Shown: piece by piece, positions 46,309 through 57,958 of the stretch
Layout: each line of letters opens with the position of its first letter
Numbering within the stretch: position 1 is the stretch's first letter
Source: Ostrea edulis
Taxonomy: Eukaryota
Length of the DNA stretch: 64,000 bases
Direction of reading: 5' to 3'
Assembly (NCBI RefSeq): GCF_947568905.1
Contig: NC_079165.1
Coordinates: 98,022,001 to 98,086,000 of the forward strand
Translations under genes and position numbers: made by a program
Notes under the pieces: generated by a model
Told to the model about the DNA's origin: nothing
The model's database searches: none
Seen by the model: the letters and a program-made list of their open reading frames with translations, nothing else

Positions 46309-46756
46309 TTAATGCTACCTTTCAAAACAGAAGAGTTCCATTACTATAATGATTATTTTGATTGGACGATATTTTTAAATGTTTATTCATGAGAATGAGC
46401 AAGTTGGAATGATTGGACCCATGAGTGATGGAGAGAGAAACAAAGCGTAATCAACAGTGGGTATAACAAAACTCCTTTCTTTAAGGACATATATATCTTA
46501 GTTATGTACAGGAACAAAAGTGCAGGAAATCTATGGCCAGAGATATTTCAGACCTTGGGTGGTATGTATTATCTTAGTTACGTGTACAGGAACAAAAGTG
46601 CAGGAAATCTATGGCCAGAGATATTTCAGACCTTGGGTGGTAGGGGAAGGACAAACACAGTTGGGTCAAGGTAGATATATATCTCTAATGATGGACCTGA
46701 GTCCGAAATAGCAACATTTTGCCGTGTTCACCTGCGGATGACTTAATCTGAAATGT

Positions 46757-49700
46757 CTATTGAACCTGCTGGTGCTGATCGGTGAACTGAGCATTGACAT
46801 GAACAGCCATCTGTGGATTCACCATCTGTTGTTGAGGGATTGGTTGTCCTTGCATACTCTGTTGTATCATTTGTTGTTGTTGTTGTTGCTGTTGCTGAAG
46901 GAGCATCTGTTGTTGTATATGAGGATCCTGCAGTTGCTGAACAAGCATTTGTTGTTGGTGTTGTTGTTGTACCTCAAATACCTGCTGTTGTTGCTGCATT
47001 TGAACCTTTATTACAAAATAATGAAATGAAAACACTTAATAATTGCTTACCAACACTTGCAGCTAGCAAATTCCTTCGAACACATTGTATCATCACAGGG
47101 TTTATAAAAAGCACTTGTAATGAGAAATTGTCTCTGTTTTGTACCTGTTGTTGCAGACTAGCTTGGGACTGATGTCTGGCATGCATTATCTGTGCCACGT
47201 TGTACACATATGTTATATCTGGACGCTGCTCTGGGTTTGGATTTATACATAATGCCACCAAGTTCCTCAGCTAAAAGATAAAAATAATTACAACTTGGAA
47301 TCTGGAAATCTTGAACAAGTACATGTATATGTATTGTTGTTTTTTAAATTCCACTGAAGAGCCGTCGAGCGAAAGCGCTTTGGAATAAATGTGAAATCTT
47401 CATCTCAATTTTTTTTCTATACACACACACACACACAATTTGGGTATGCATCATATCAAACCACAAATCATGAGAGATTCTTTTTATCACATGTTAACAC
47501 CCCCCCCCCCCCTTTCCGGTTATTCATTTACGTTACTGTATTGTTGGGAATTTTGCTGCTTTCGGACATTTTGTAAACAGACTACGTAAAATTGACGTTT
47601 GTTTGTGATGTAACCAACGGCGTAGGAAAACATAGTTTAACAATTAAAATTTATGTAATGGGCAATATCCACTGGTTAAAGGATTAAACATTTGATAAAT
47701 ATATGCCTCGTTCACACGAAGAATTTAATTCGCATTAAACGTAAGTTAATGCGAATTAGATTTGAACCGCGTTCACACGGAGATTTTAATGCGCATTAGT
47801 TTACTTCGAATTAAAATTGACGTCGCGATTTAAATTTACTTCGCATTAGCTCCGTGTGAACGCTAAGCGAAGCTAATTCGCATTAAATGTACACGCATGC
47901 CTAATGGCAAATTTGGGTCACATGGTATCATGCCCATGGTCAACTATATATATTAATGTCAGTTTTGTACGAAAAACTATTAAGCAAAATGATAATAATC
48001 ACTAAAAACATGTACAAACAGCATGTCATTATAGATAATGTCAGAAGTAAATTTGTGCTCTGCATAGGCATAATGAGTAATACATGTGGAAGGAATTGCT
48101 TTTAAATATGACAAAATTTTTTAAAATAGTGATAATATGATTTTCTTTTTTTACATTTTTTAAAACAAATATGCCGCTCATTGTTAATTTTTTATACCAT
48201 ATGATGTCATAGTAGACTTATAATACGTATTAGTAATTAAAAATTACGTCACAACAGTAGTCAGCGGAATGGTGAAAAAGACGTTCCGAAGTTTTAAAAT
48301 TGGGCCCATGAAGAAACAATATATTGTCTAGATTGAATGTTGGTCGTCAGAGGAAATAACAAGTAATTTCTTGGGAACATATAAATAAACACAATAAAAC
48401 TCCTTATGTGTAGATCAGCATGTAAATTGTAAACATGTAGTATATTACATGTATATAGCGTTTTGAACAAAGAATTCTGTATCTACACAATATTCATTAA
48501 AATATCTATAAAAATAATTTTCAATAACATAGTCTATTATTTAATTTATTTCGCGCACCCTTTAATAGATATGCATACGAATTTAAAGCGCATTAGTTTA
48601 CTTCGCATTAAATATTACCGCCGTGTGAACGCTATTTAATTCGAATCAATTTAATGCGCATTATTTTACTTCGCATAAAATTTGATGCAAAATAAAATTT
48701 AATGCGCATCCGTGTGAACGAGGCAATATATTTCAGCACATGAAAGAATATAAACTTGCCTCTTCTGAGTAACAATCTGCTGGTAAAGGGGGATAATCAC
48801 ATTGATCAATCTTCTTGCACAAGGAATACAGGTTCATCTTATCTCCATAAAAAGGGGATTGAAGAGCAGCCATCTGTAAATGTCCAAATGAAATCAGTCA
48901 AGTAAAAGAATATCAGTAAAACTGACGGATACTCCCCGAAATACATCTAACCAATGAACTATTTCATATGACGAATGACTTGCACAATGATCAATAACTG
49001 TTGAAATTTGTTGAAATGAAGGTTTCTTTTTCATATGTATACAAGGTATATGTTGAGTGACGTTGATCCTTACAAAATGACCTTGAGTGACCTTTGTCTG
49101 AAAGCCATTTCCTTATTACTTATTTGTGATATATGATCAATACCTGTTCAAAAAACTGTTTAAATAAGGCACTTTTTCCTTATAAAGTATATGTTCTGAG
49201 TGACCATGAACTTCCCAAATTAACTTGAGAGACCTTGGTCCAAAAGATCTATAACTGTTCAAATATTGTTGAAATGAAACATTTTTTGTAAATGACCTTG
49301 AGTGACCTTTGTCTGAAAGCCATTTACCTATTATTTGTGTGATATATCATCAATACCTTTTCAAAAACTGTTGAAATAAACAACTTTTTTAAAGGTATAT
49401 GTTCTGAATTACCTTGACCTTTCCAAAATGACCTTGGTCCAAAGCCCCTTTCTCAAGGAATATTTGTGATCAATTATGATCAATATCTGATGAAAGATTT
49501 AGGAGATGGGAACTTTTATATCAAAAACTATTGAAACAAGGAACTTTTATATGTTCTGAGTGACCTTTCCAAAATGACCTAGAAAGACCTTGGTCCACAA
49601 GTCCTTGTCTCAAGGAACATTTGTGATGAATTATATCAATTTCTGATGAAAGGTTTAGGAGATATAAGCTCGGATGGATGGACAGACTGACAGACTTGAC

Positions 49701-52700
49701 AGCAACTATATGCTCCCTCGAATTTTTTTGGGGAGCATAAAAAAGACTATGACAGTGTTCTATTCAACCTATCTTATTTATCAGTTAGGTTACCTAATTA
49801 TGTTTTATTTAGCTAGAGTATATATGTGTGTATAGTGTATATATTCACCTCATACAATAGACATCCTAGTGACCACATATCTGATTTAAAGTTGTACCCT
49901 GTTTCATGAATCCTCTCCGGAGACATGTAGTAAGGTGTTCCCACTGTAAAGAAGTAAAACAGAAACATCAAGGTGCAACTCAAATAAATACCAGTAGATA
50001 CACTCAATATATATATATATATTTGAAGGCCCTACCAAGAGAATGAGCAGCGGTGGTTTTGGAGCTGAAGAATCGTCCCAATCCTAAATCACCCAATTTA
50101 ACAATTCCCTCTGCTGTGATAAAAACGTTAGCAGGCTTGATATCTGTAAAGAAAATAAACAAGAGGCCCATGGGCCACAATGCTCACCTGAGTCACCTTG
50201 CATATTTTATAATTATCTAGTATTCCTCAGTAAAGTTTTAAATCCCAATTATGACCCCATCCTGATATATAGATTATGATTTTGAAATATTGAACCCACA
50301 CTACATGAGAATACCATTATATTGTAGAATTCTGGTCTTCCTATATGTTCCAATGTAAAACTTTTTAAAACACCAGAATTGTGGCCCAATGCTGGCCTCT
50401 AGGGTTATGGTTTGAACAAACTTGAAATCTTCATTTTATAAGAAAGCTGTCATGAAAGATATAGCTTTTCTGGTGGAGTGATTCTTGAAAAGATTTATTA
50501 AACATCCCACCCCATTTTCACTATTTCCACATTATCTCCCCTTGGAAGGGAGCATGACTCTTTATTTGAACAAGCTTTATTTCCCTTCTTGCAAGGATAC
50601 TTTGTTCCAAGTTTAGATGAAACTGACCTAGTGGTTCTGGAGAAGAAATTGAAATGTCAAAAGTTGATAACAAACAACAAACACATTTTGATCAGAAAAG
50701 CTTATGGCTCAGACGAGCTATAAAATGAAAAGCACACCACCTTTTAAAAAATCAAAATAGGTTATTGGTATCACTGAAATAATTACACATTGATCAACAT
50801 TTAACAAGAAAAATTCTATTGCAAAGAAGCAAACCTCTGTGCATAATTCTGCAATTATGCATGTGTTCTAATGCACTGCAAATCTGAATGAAGTACTTCC
50901 ATATAGTCTTTTCAGGTATTAGCCTCTTATGCTTCTTAAAATGCTGTGCAAGAAATATAATAAGAAATTCAATTAATATATGTTTACAGATAAAAATAAT
51001 GGAAGGGAGGGAGGGGGAAGCCTTAAAAATAGCAACAAATATTTTTTCCACAATTGTTGAAATATTTTACAGAAAAAAACATGATTCAAACACTGATATT
51101 GTAAACAGAAGTACCCATTTGTTCTTAAATAGCTGAATGCGTAAAACTACTAATGATTTTAGCAATGAATTGTGAATTTCACGAGTGCACTAACATGTAT
51201 GTTTTTCAACACTTTTTAATTGGCCCCAAATTTTCTAGGCTGTCTGCCTTGAAAAAGTATGAGCTCCATGCATTGACCACAATTACATGTATATCCAGAA
51301 AATGAATGTCATTCTTTTTACATCTTAATGCTGCAAATACAAGAAAATGGTTTTGGTTGACTTCTTCAAATAAAGTGCACCGCCACGGCACATGATACGT
51401 CCGTCACATATTGTTAACATGAACATATCACCATGAAGAGATAGGTATGCATGGAGCCAAATGTCAACTTTCCTTTAAGAATCTTACCCACTTTACGGCC
51501 TCATGTGACATTGCTTCAAATATTGATAATGTAAGCTTAATGATTTTTAAAAGGATATAAAAACATTTTCCCAAATTCATTTCGAAAATATAGACTGGCC
51601 ATCAAGAACAAATTTGAAAGAATACCAATATATCAACAGTTATTAAGAGGCTTAATTAATAAACTTCCTCTGCCCAATTCCTTAGAGATGTAGATAACAC
51701 CTGCTTGATCAGAGATGCTCTACCAGAAATGATTAAGACAGTCTCCTTACACTAAACTCATTAATTAATCTTATCAAAATGCTCTTTGCATGCTACTCCC
51801 ATGGGACAAGTGGAATTTCTCTTGTTATTGTTAGAAACAAAAGAAACATTATATATACTAAAAAAAGCTGCACAGTATATCATAAAAAATATGTGTTTTT
51901 TTAATGCAACATTTTGGAATAAGCAACAGTATAGATTGTACCCATTAAAACATTTTTTTTTATATCACCTTAATTAAATGTCACAGTGACCTTAAAGTAG
52001 GATGCGACACACCTTCTACCTAAGATGCATTAGTTGACCAATTTTGGTGATTCTAGGTCTAATAGTTTTCAAGTTATGAGCCGGACAAGTTTTTGCCATA
52101 TATGGCCATATCTTCTTAATAAAAAGTCACAGTGACCTGGTTTTAATGTGCGACACACCTTCTACCCAAGATGTATCTACAGACAAAGTTTGATGATTCT
52201 AGGCTTTGTAGTATTTAAGTTACGGGTCGGACACGAAAAAGCTAACAGACGGACGGACAGACGGACGGACATGAACGCCATACCATAATATGTCTCGTCT
52301 TAAGACGGGCGTATAACAACCAGATTGTCAAATTTTCGGGACAACCCGTCCCTNNNNNNNNNNNNNNNNNNNNNNNNNNNNNNNNNNNNNNNNNNNNNNN
52401 NNNNNNNNNNNNNNNNNNNNNNNNNNNNNNNNNNNNNNNNNNNNNNNNNNNNNNNNNNNNNNNNNNNNNNNNNNNNNNNNNNNNNNNNNNNNNNNNNNNN
52501 NNNNNGACTATTGTCACATCTAGATTAGGTACAATATTTATAGGTTATAGGCTTTATATGGGATAATATGACGACCAAGTTTTTTGATGCGTAGATGGAC
52601 CGAGCTTGCGAGGTCCATCCGAGACAAAAAACGAGGTCGTCATATTTTCCCATACAAAGTCTATAACCTTTTTATTATATACTTTCAATTTCATTTAGAA

Positions 52701-53721
52701 ACTAACATTAATTTTATTTTTAACTATTTCTTAATTGGTTTAACTGAGTAAAAGATGAAAAACACGAAAAATTTGAAAATTAACGGCATAGTAATTTGCT
52801 TGTGTATTGATTGTGATGTAATGTTTGCGGGCCGGAATGTTTCCGGGCATATATCGTGTGATATATGCCCGCAAACTTTTAAAGAGAAAAGAAGAGATGA
52901 AATTGAAAGGACATGTATATTATAATGGTAAATATATCAACACCACGACTAACAAGATAATAATTTGAGGCATGGTTCTTCCCACTGTAGATGACAGGTT
53001 AGAAGGAAAGAATTAAATATTAATCAGACCTTGATCATTCTAGACAGATCCCCTGCATCAGCTAATTCCAGCACAATGTTCAGCTCATTGTTCTCAATGA
53101 AGGATGACAGATATTTTATCACATTCAAGTGATTTAGTTGCTGAAATTTAAGAGAAACAATCAATACAGATGTGTTTGTCCATACAAAATTCTATATACA
53201 TGTACAAACACAATAAATTTTGGTACACATATAATTCTTTAAAATCACGATTACTAGCTTAGAATAACTTTTTTCTTTTGTGATATCCTTTAAATTTTCA
53301 TGGTACAGATACAATTTCTGGAATACATACTTGAAGAAGTCCTATTTCTTTGATACAGTCCTGCCTAGCTTTTGCATCCATCATTTCAAATATCTACAAT
53401 TATGAAAACATCCAAGTCAGACAGAGTGTAGTAATTGATCAGTTGATATCCACATTACAAATTGGGAAATTTAATTAGGAATGCATGTACGTAAGAGTTA
53501 CAATGTAGTTATAATGAGTTCTACTATACCTGCACTTTCTTCAATGCAACAACACTATTGTCTATTTTACATCGAGCACGGAATACTTCAGAGAACTGTC
53601 CTTTGCCAATTCTTTTATCGATTTCAAAATTGGCCAAACATCCATAAATATTTCCCTGGTCTTGTTGCTGTGGTACTGCATTTGGATCCAAAGCAACCGT
53701 GGGCTCAATTGGCATGGCCAT
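46757..53721 (-). CDS. NEK7: NIMA-related kinase NEK6/7 with Gln-rich C-terminal extension, 9 coding exons, 388 aa
   Basis: Minus-strand exons 53721-53530, 53393-53331, 53140-53030, 50943-50835, 50143-50036, 49943-49849, 48873-48760 (GC donor), 47270-47145, 47005-46757 (TAG). [24 protein letters not shown]6/7-type [15 protein letters not shown]. An acceptor 6 nt before the ATG implies an upstream UTR exon. NEK6 and NEK7 cannot be distinguished; probably a single co-ortholog. Confidence 0.95.
47348..47386 (+). ncRNA. Minimal type I hammerhead ribozyme, intact core
   Basis: ATTCCA-CTGAAGA-GC(CGTCGA)GC-GAAA-GCGC-T-T-TGGAAT: 6-bp stem I, CUGANGA and GAAA boxes, G10.1-C11.1 pair, CUU cleavage triplet, palindromic stem III AAGCGCTT. 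Confidence 0.8.
47705..48724. mobile_element. ~1-kb MITE (PIF/Harbinger-like) in the NEK GC-AG intron
   Basis: Perfect 14-bp TIR GCCTCGTTCACACG / CGTGTGAACGAGGC; repeated subterminal AATGCGCATTA/AATTCGCATTA and GTGTGAACGCT motifs; 3-bp TSD is degenerate. Confidence 0.75.
49020..49742 (+). mobile_element. HINE-like element in a NEK intron
   Basis: Tandem AATGACCTTGAGTGACC core units, GGAT/GACA microsatellite, terminal hairpin ATGCTCCC...GGGAGCAT followed by an A run. Confidence 0.6.
50159..50723 (+). mobile_element. HINE-like element in a NEK intron
   Basis: 5' AACAAGAGGCCCATGGGCCACAATGCTCACCTGAG, core GGTTCTGGAGAAGA, 3' GATCAGAAAAGC..GCTCAG..GAGCTA. Confidence 0.65.
51975..52320 (+). mobile_element. 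HINE-like element
   Basis: Two AGTCACAGTGACC..GCGACACACCTTCTACC units, (GACG)n, terminal hairpin GTCTCGTC-TTAA-GACGGGCG. Confidence 0.6.
52354..52505. other. Assembly gap (152 N)
   Basis: N run. Confidence 1.
52542..52925. mobile_element. Hairpin-capped non-autonomous element A (Crypton-like, inferred)
   Basis: Long hairpin 52542-52669 (apex GAGCTTGCGA), inner inverted repeat CTTTCAATTTCAT / ATGAAATTGAAAG, small hairpin CGGGCATATATC-GTGT-GATATATGCCCG near the right end. Confidence 0.65.
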
Positions 53722-54830
53722 CTTCAGCTGAAAATTTATTCATAGATTTGTGATGCAAAACTCAAAAACTGTCTTTTAATAAAATTGATATATTCAAATT
53801 CTCATAAATTTTTTTTGTAAAATAGATATTTTGGATACATTATTTTCAATGTCCAACCAAATTTTTTTAAGGTTCACATGGGGACAGTATTCAGCCCCAT
53901 TCCTAACAGAAAACTACATTTTTCACAAAACTACCTTTGAAAATTATACAAACAGCAACATGCACAATAAATTTCAACTTGTTTGCATAATGTATCAGGT
54001 TAAGTGGTATGTTTCATCATTTATGCTAACAAAAGTTTGTTGTGTGTTACAAAGACCTTTCTAACAAAAAATTATGAACCCAGAGCTGTTGTTCGTTACC
54101 TTCACTACACTCTGTCATTCTCATAGACTCTTGTAAAACCCACTTTCAAGAATGTTTTAGCATTTATATATGTCATACCCATTGCCAATGAATAATTATA
54201 AAACACCATGCTTTATAGTTTTATGGCATTTTTAATCTAATTAAAATTACCGTAGATCCTATGATCCGCTCATCTATTATTGCTACACATAGTTGTAGTG
54301 ATAGTAGATGAGCAGATCATAGTATCTAATTTTAATTAGATTGATGGCATTTTATGTTGAGTTATACCGAACCCTGATTGGAAAAATAATTTCTATGGGT
54401 ATTACTTTGAAGATTTATACAAGTAATACGTGAATAAATATTACTGGGAATTAATATAAATACAAAGAATATAAACATTGTCATCTGAAGCTTTTGAATT
54501 TATTGTTCAATGTTGTGAAAGAGCCTGCCATCCGCAAATGGAATTACAACTTTAGACACATGTTGTGTTGTTCCAGAAACAAGACAGACATTAATCATGT
54601 TCTTTCTACAATGTATGATAATGTAGATTACACACAACCCTGAAGTATTCTACCATGAGTGCTGAATGGTTGCTTATGGAATGTTCTTGATTGGGAGGAA
54701 CAAATGCAGATTGATTCTTATTGAGAACTAAACAAGTGTAGATTTAGAAAGAATGCATCAGGCCAAGATAGAAACACTGACATAAATTCAGTTTCTGCCT
54801 TTCATACACTTTCTGAACTTATCATTTAAA

Positions 54831-54835
<5 letters not shown>

Positions 54836-54890
<55 letters not shown>
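54836..54890. repeat. (AG)n microsatellite
   Basis: Direct inspection; a shorter (AG)n lies at about 165-186. Confidence 0.95.
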
Positions 54891-54895
<5 letters not shown>

Positions 54896-55701
54896 GAATT
54901 TATTTAAACATGAATAGTTTTCTAAAATATTTATTCCAGAAATTTTTGAATAAACATGTGCCAGAAACAAACATGTCTCCAGGAACAAATGTTTTTTAAG
55001 ACAAACCTTTTTTTTTATTTATGAGAACATACCGTAATGCTAAAATTTTGAACAGAACATCTTGGGATGGGAACTGAATGACTCTAGACCGAAAACAGAA
55101 TGAGTGAAATATGTATTATGGTGTGACCGTTGAGATGAGCGTGGACACTTGACATCTTGTTACACAACTTTAGACATTTGATCCTTTTATTTATCAAAAG
55201 CTGGAAATATAATGGAAATTATGTAAACAGTGTATTGCAATGTCATATTGAGTTTACTGTTAACAGCAACAAAGCATATGAGAGGACTTGTCTGGTTATA
55301 CATATATGCTACTCTTATGTCTGTATTTGTTACCTTCAGGCTCCTATATAACTACAGCTAAACATACACACAATGACAGTTTGCTAGTTGAAGATGATAT
55401 CAAGTTTCCATCAGTCACAGAAAGAGAGGAATAATCAAAAGTGAATAATTATATTTCGACAAAAATCAACGGATAATGGGTTGTTTTCAGAACAAGATTC
55501 GTAACCATATGTCCCCCACAGACGCAAAAAAAGTTGAAGCACAAAAGTCCCATAATTCTTGTAAAATTTGTAGAATCATTGCGGTGGAATATGATCAACT
55601 ACATAATGTGACCAACAATCCTGCAAAATTTGAACAAAATCCGTACAATGGTCTCTGAGGAGTTGCATCCACAACGTGTTCATATAGTGATACATAGAGA
55701 A

Positions 55702-57066
55702 TATCACACTCTAATGTTGATCTCGGACCTGGGATTGGCCCCGAGAGTTGATCTCGGCCCGAGCCCGTAGGACGAGGGCCGAGATCACTCGAGGGGCAAT
55801 CCCAGGTCCAAGATCAACATTAGAGTGTGATACTGTTTATATCATATACCTAAAACACAACAAGTTGATAAACATTTTTTTTAAAAATGGGGGGGGGGGG
55901 GGGGGGGGGGGGGGGGTATTGACCCAAACATAAATACATGGTATACTGTACAACGATATTTGACTATTTTATTCCTTCAGTGAGTTTACTTTAATTGTTA
56001 TGTTTCCAGTACTATTGGCATTGTGAAACATGTTAAAGTCTGGGTTTTGTAGCTTTATTCCATTGCTGGTCACGATAATTGGATGATTAATCATGGGCAT
56101 CCCCTCATGTGGTCTAGAATCTGGACGTTTCAATTAACTGAACTGCTTGGCTGAGAAACTCGTCATATCTATCGCTGTGTTGTTCATGTACATGTATATA
56201 CTATTAAGCAGCTCCTAGGGACCTGCTAATGAATACTAAGTGAATTATTTTTATTTCTTTTTTCGGATTTACCAAACTCGCCCGTTTTCATTTTTCATAT
56301 AATTTGTAAGAGTTGTAGAACTTTGTTTATGTGGCGTCATCGTATGAACTGGAATGTCTACAGATCTGATGCTGCTATCTATTTGCTTAGGGAATGTTAC
56401 CTTATACTAAAGTAAGTTTTTTTTTTACCGTTTCCCATCTGTTTAGCATCTATAAGTCATTGAAAAACGTCGGAAGATATTGGTTCTGCTTTTCTCGTTT
56501 TATTGCCAAGTCCTCAGGATTTTAGATTTCAGAAATCGTTTTAAAGCAGTTTTCTACATCAAAATTGCCGTAAATTAACATTTTGATCTCCATTAGGACC
56601 GGGAATTTCTAATAATGCTTTAGTATCACCCTCCATAATCCTCGTACTGTTTTCTGTCGCCTAGAACGTTGATTGTTTTGAAATGAAGTTAAACGTGTTA
56701 TTATTCTAAATAAACAGTTGTTACTTGGGTTACCCCCCTTTGTTTAGATACTCGCTACAATTTAGTGCTGTTTTTGAAAATGTTTTTATTTAATTTTTCT
56801 GCTTAAATTAAATTTTGTCGTGGAAGAAAGTATTATATTTGAAAAAAATTGTGTCTAACATCATTTTTTCATGTAGTTATGTTAGATTTCAAAAGATTAA
56901 AGAAGAAATAGCCATTTGAAATTTGAGGGCGAGACAGCCCCTTGACAACGGGCTGAGACAGAGATATCTCGGCCCTTAGGGCGAGACAGCCCTACCTACT
57001 TGAAGCTGTCTCACCCTAGCCAAGATAGGTGTATCAGGGCTGATACACTACTAGGTATATGATATA
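55702..57066. mobile_element. Hairpin-capped non-autonomous element B
   Basis: Long hairpin 55702-55832 (apex CCGAGCCCGTAGGACGAGG), 15-bp inverted repeat TATATCATATACCTA 55838-55852 / 57052-57066, small hairpin GTGTATCAG-GG-CTGATACAC 57029-57048. Confidence 0.65.
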
Positions 57067-57699
57067 TATACATACTTGCAATATGCCATCCATGATTCAA
57101 TAATTTTTTTCAAAGCATTCAAAATTTACAAAATTCATGGGGTGTCCTTAAAATGAAATTTAGGTATGAAAACACAATATTTCCGCAGTAACGACATTTT
57201 TCCTGAGCACTTTGGGTGATCCCCATCAATTTGCAGTTGATGAAGAGCAATCAAATAATAAGATTCAGGAGCGACCTCGTCACTTTGCTCACTATTAAGG
57301 ATATTCCGAGTCTTTATATATTATGAATACAAAACTTATTTACACGAGGAAGAAATGTCTGCATTTATTGCCCAATTACTTCACTGTGGATCGTGGAATC
57401 AGTGTAAATTCTCCTGATGCATAAATAACCACTTTTACAGTATTAGTTGGATGCACTTAAGTATTATGATAATAGTTTTGGGGTTTCTTTGTCTTATAAG
57501 GGTCACCTTTTTAAGAACATGCGAATAGGCCTAGTTTATAAATATATCATATGATTATTTATATATAGGCTATAGCAAAAAAAACATGGACAATTCTTGT
57601 AATGGTAAATGATAATACTAATCTAATACTGTAACTTACCAACTGGATAAGAAGTAGGGCCTTAGGCTTAAGGGATTGCAAAACTGTATTATATGCACT

Positions 57700-57958
57700 T
57701 TCAGAATAACAATACAATTTCAGGAAGTTGCGGATGCGCATGACTAATGTACCTGACAACGCCATTCGACTCATCTTTAGAATTAACCTTAATCTTGATA
57801 ACAAAGATAGATACGTTCCGAAAAACAACATTCGGGGATCACTGAAAATCTTTATTATTGGTGTAATCACACATCGTTCCCCAAGCGTTTTCTATACCCA
57901 GTTGAATCAAAGTGAAACTAATTTTAAAGGAAAATTCGACTTTGTGAAGTTGCGCGCA
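57700..57958. promoter_or_regulatory. Putative NUP214 promoter, possibly shared with NEK
   Basis: CpG-containing patch with CAGGAAGT (ETS-like) and TGCGCATG (NRF1-like); candidate minus-strand donor CAG|GTACAT at 57752. Confidence 0.35.

Noticed and set aside
46760-47172. Plus-strand poly-Leu and poly-Val ORFs
   Set aside because: Antisense shadows of the NEK polyQ exon.
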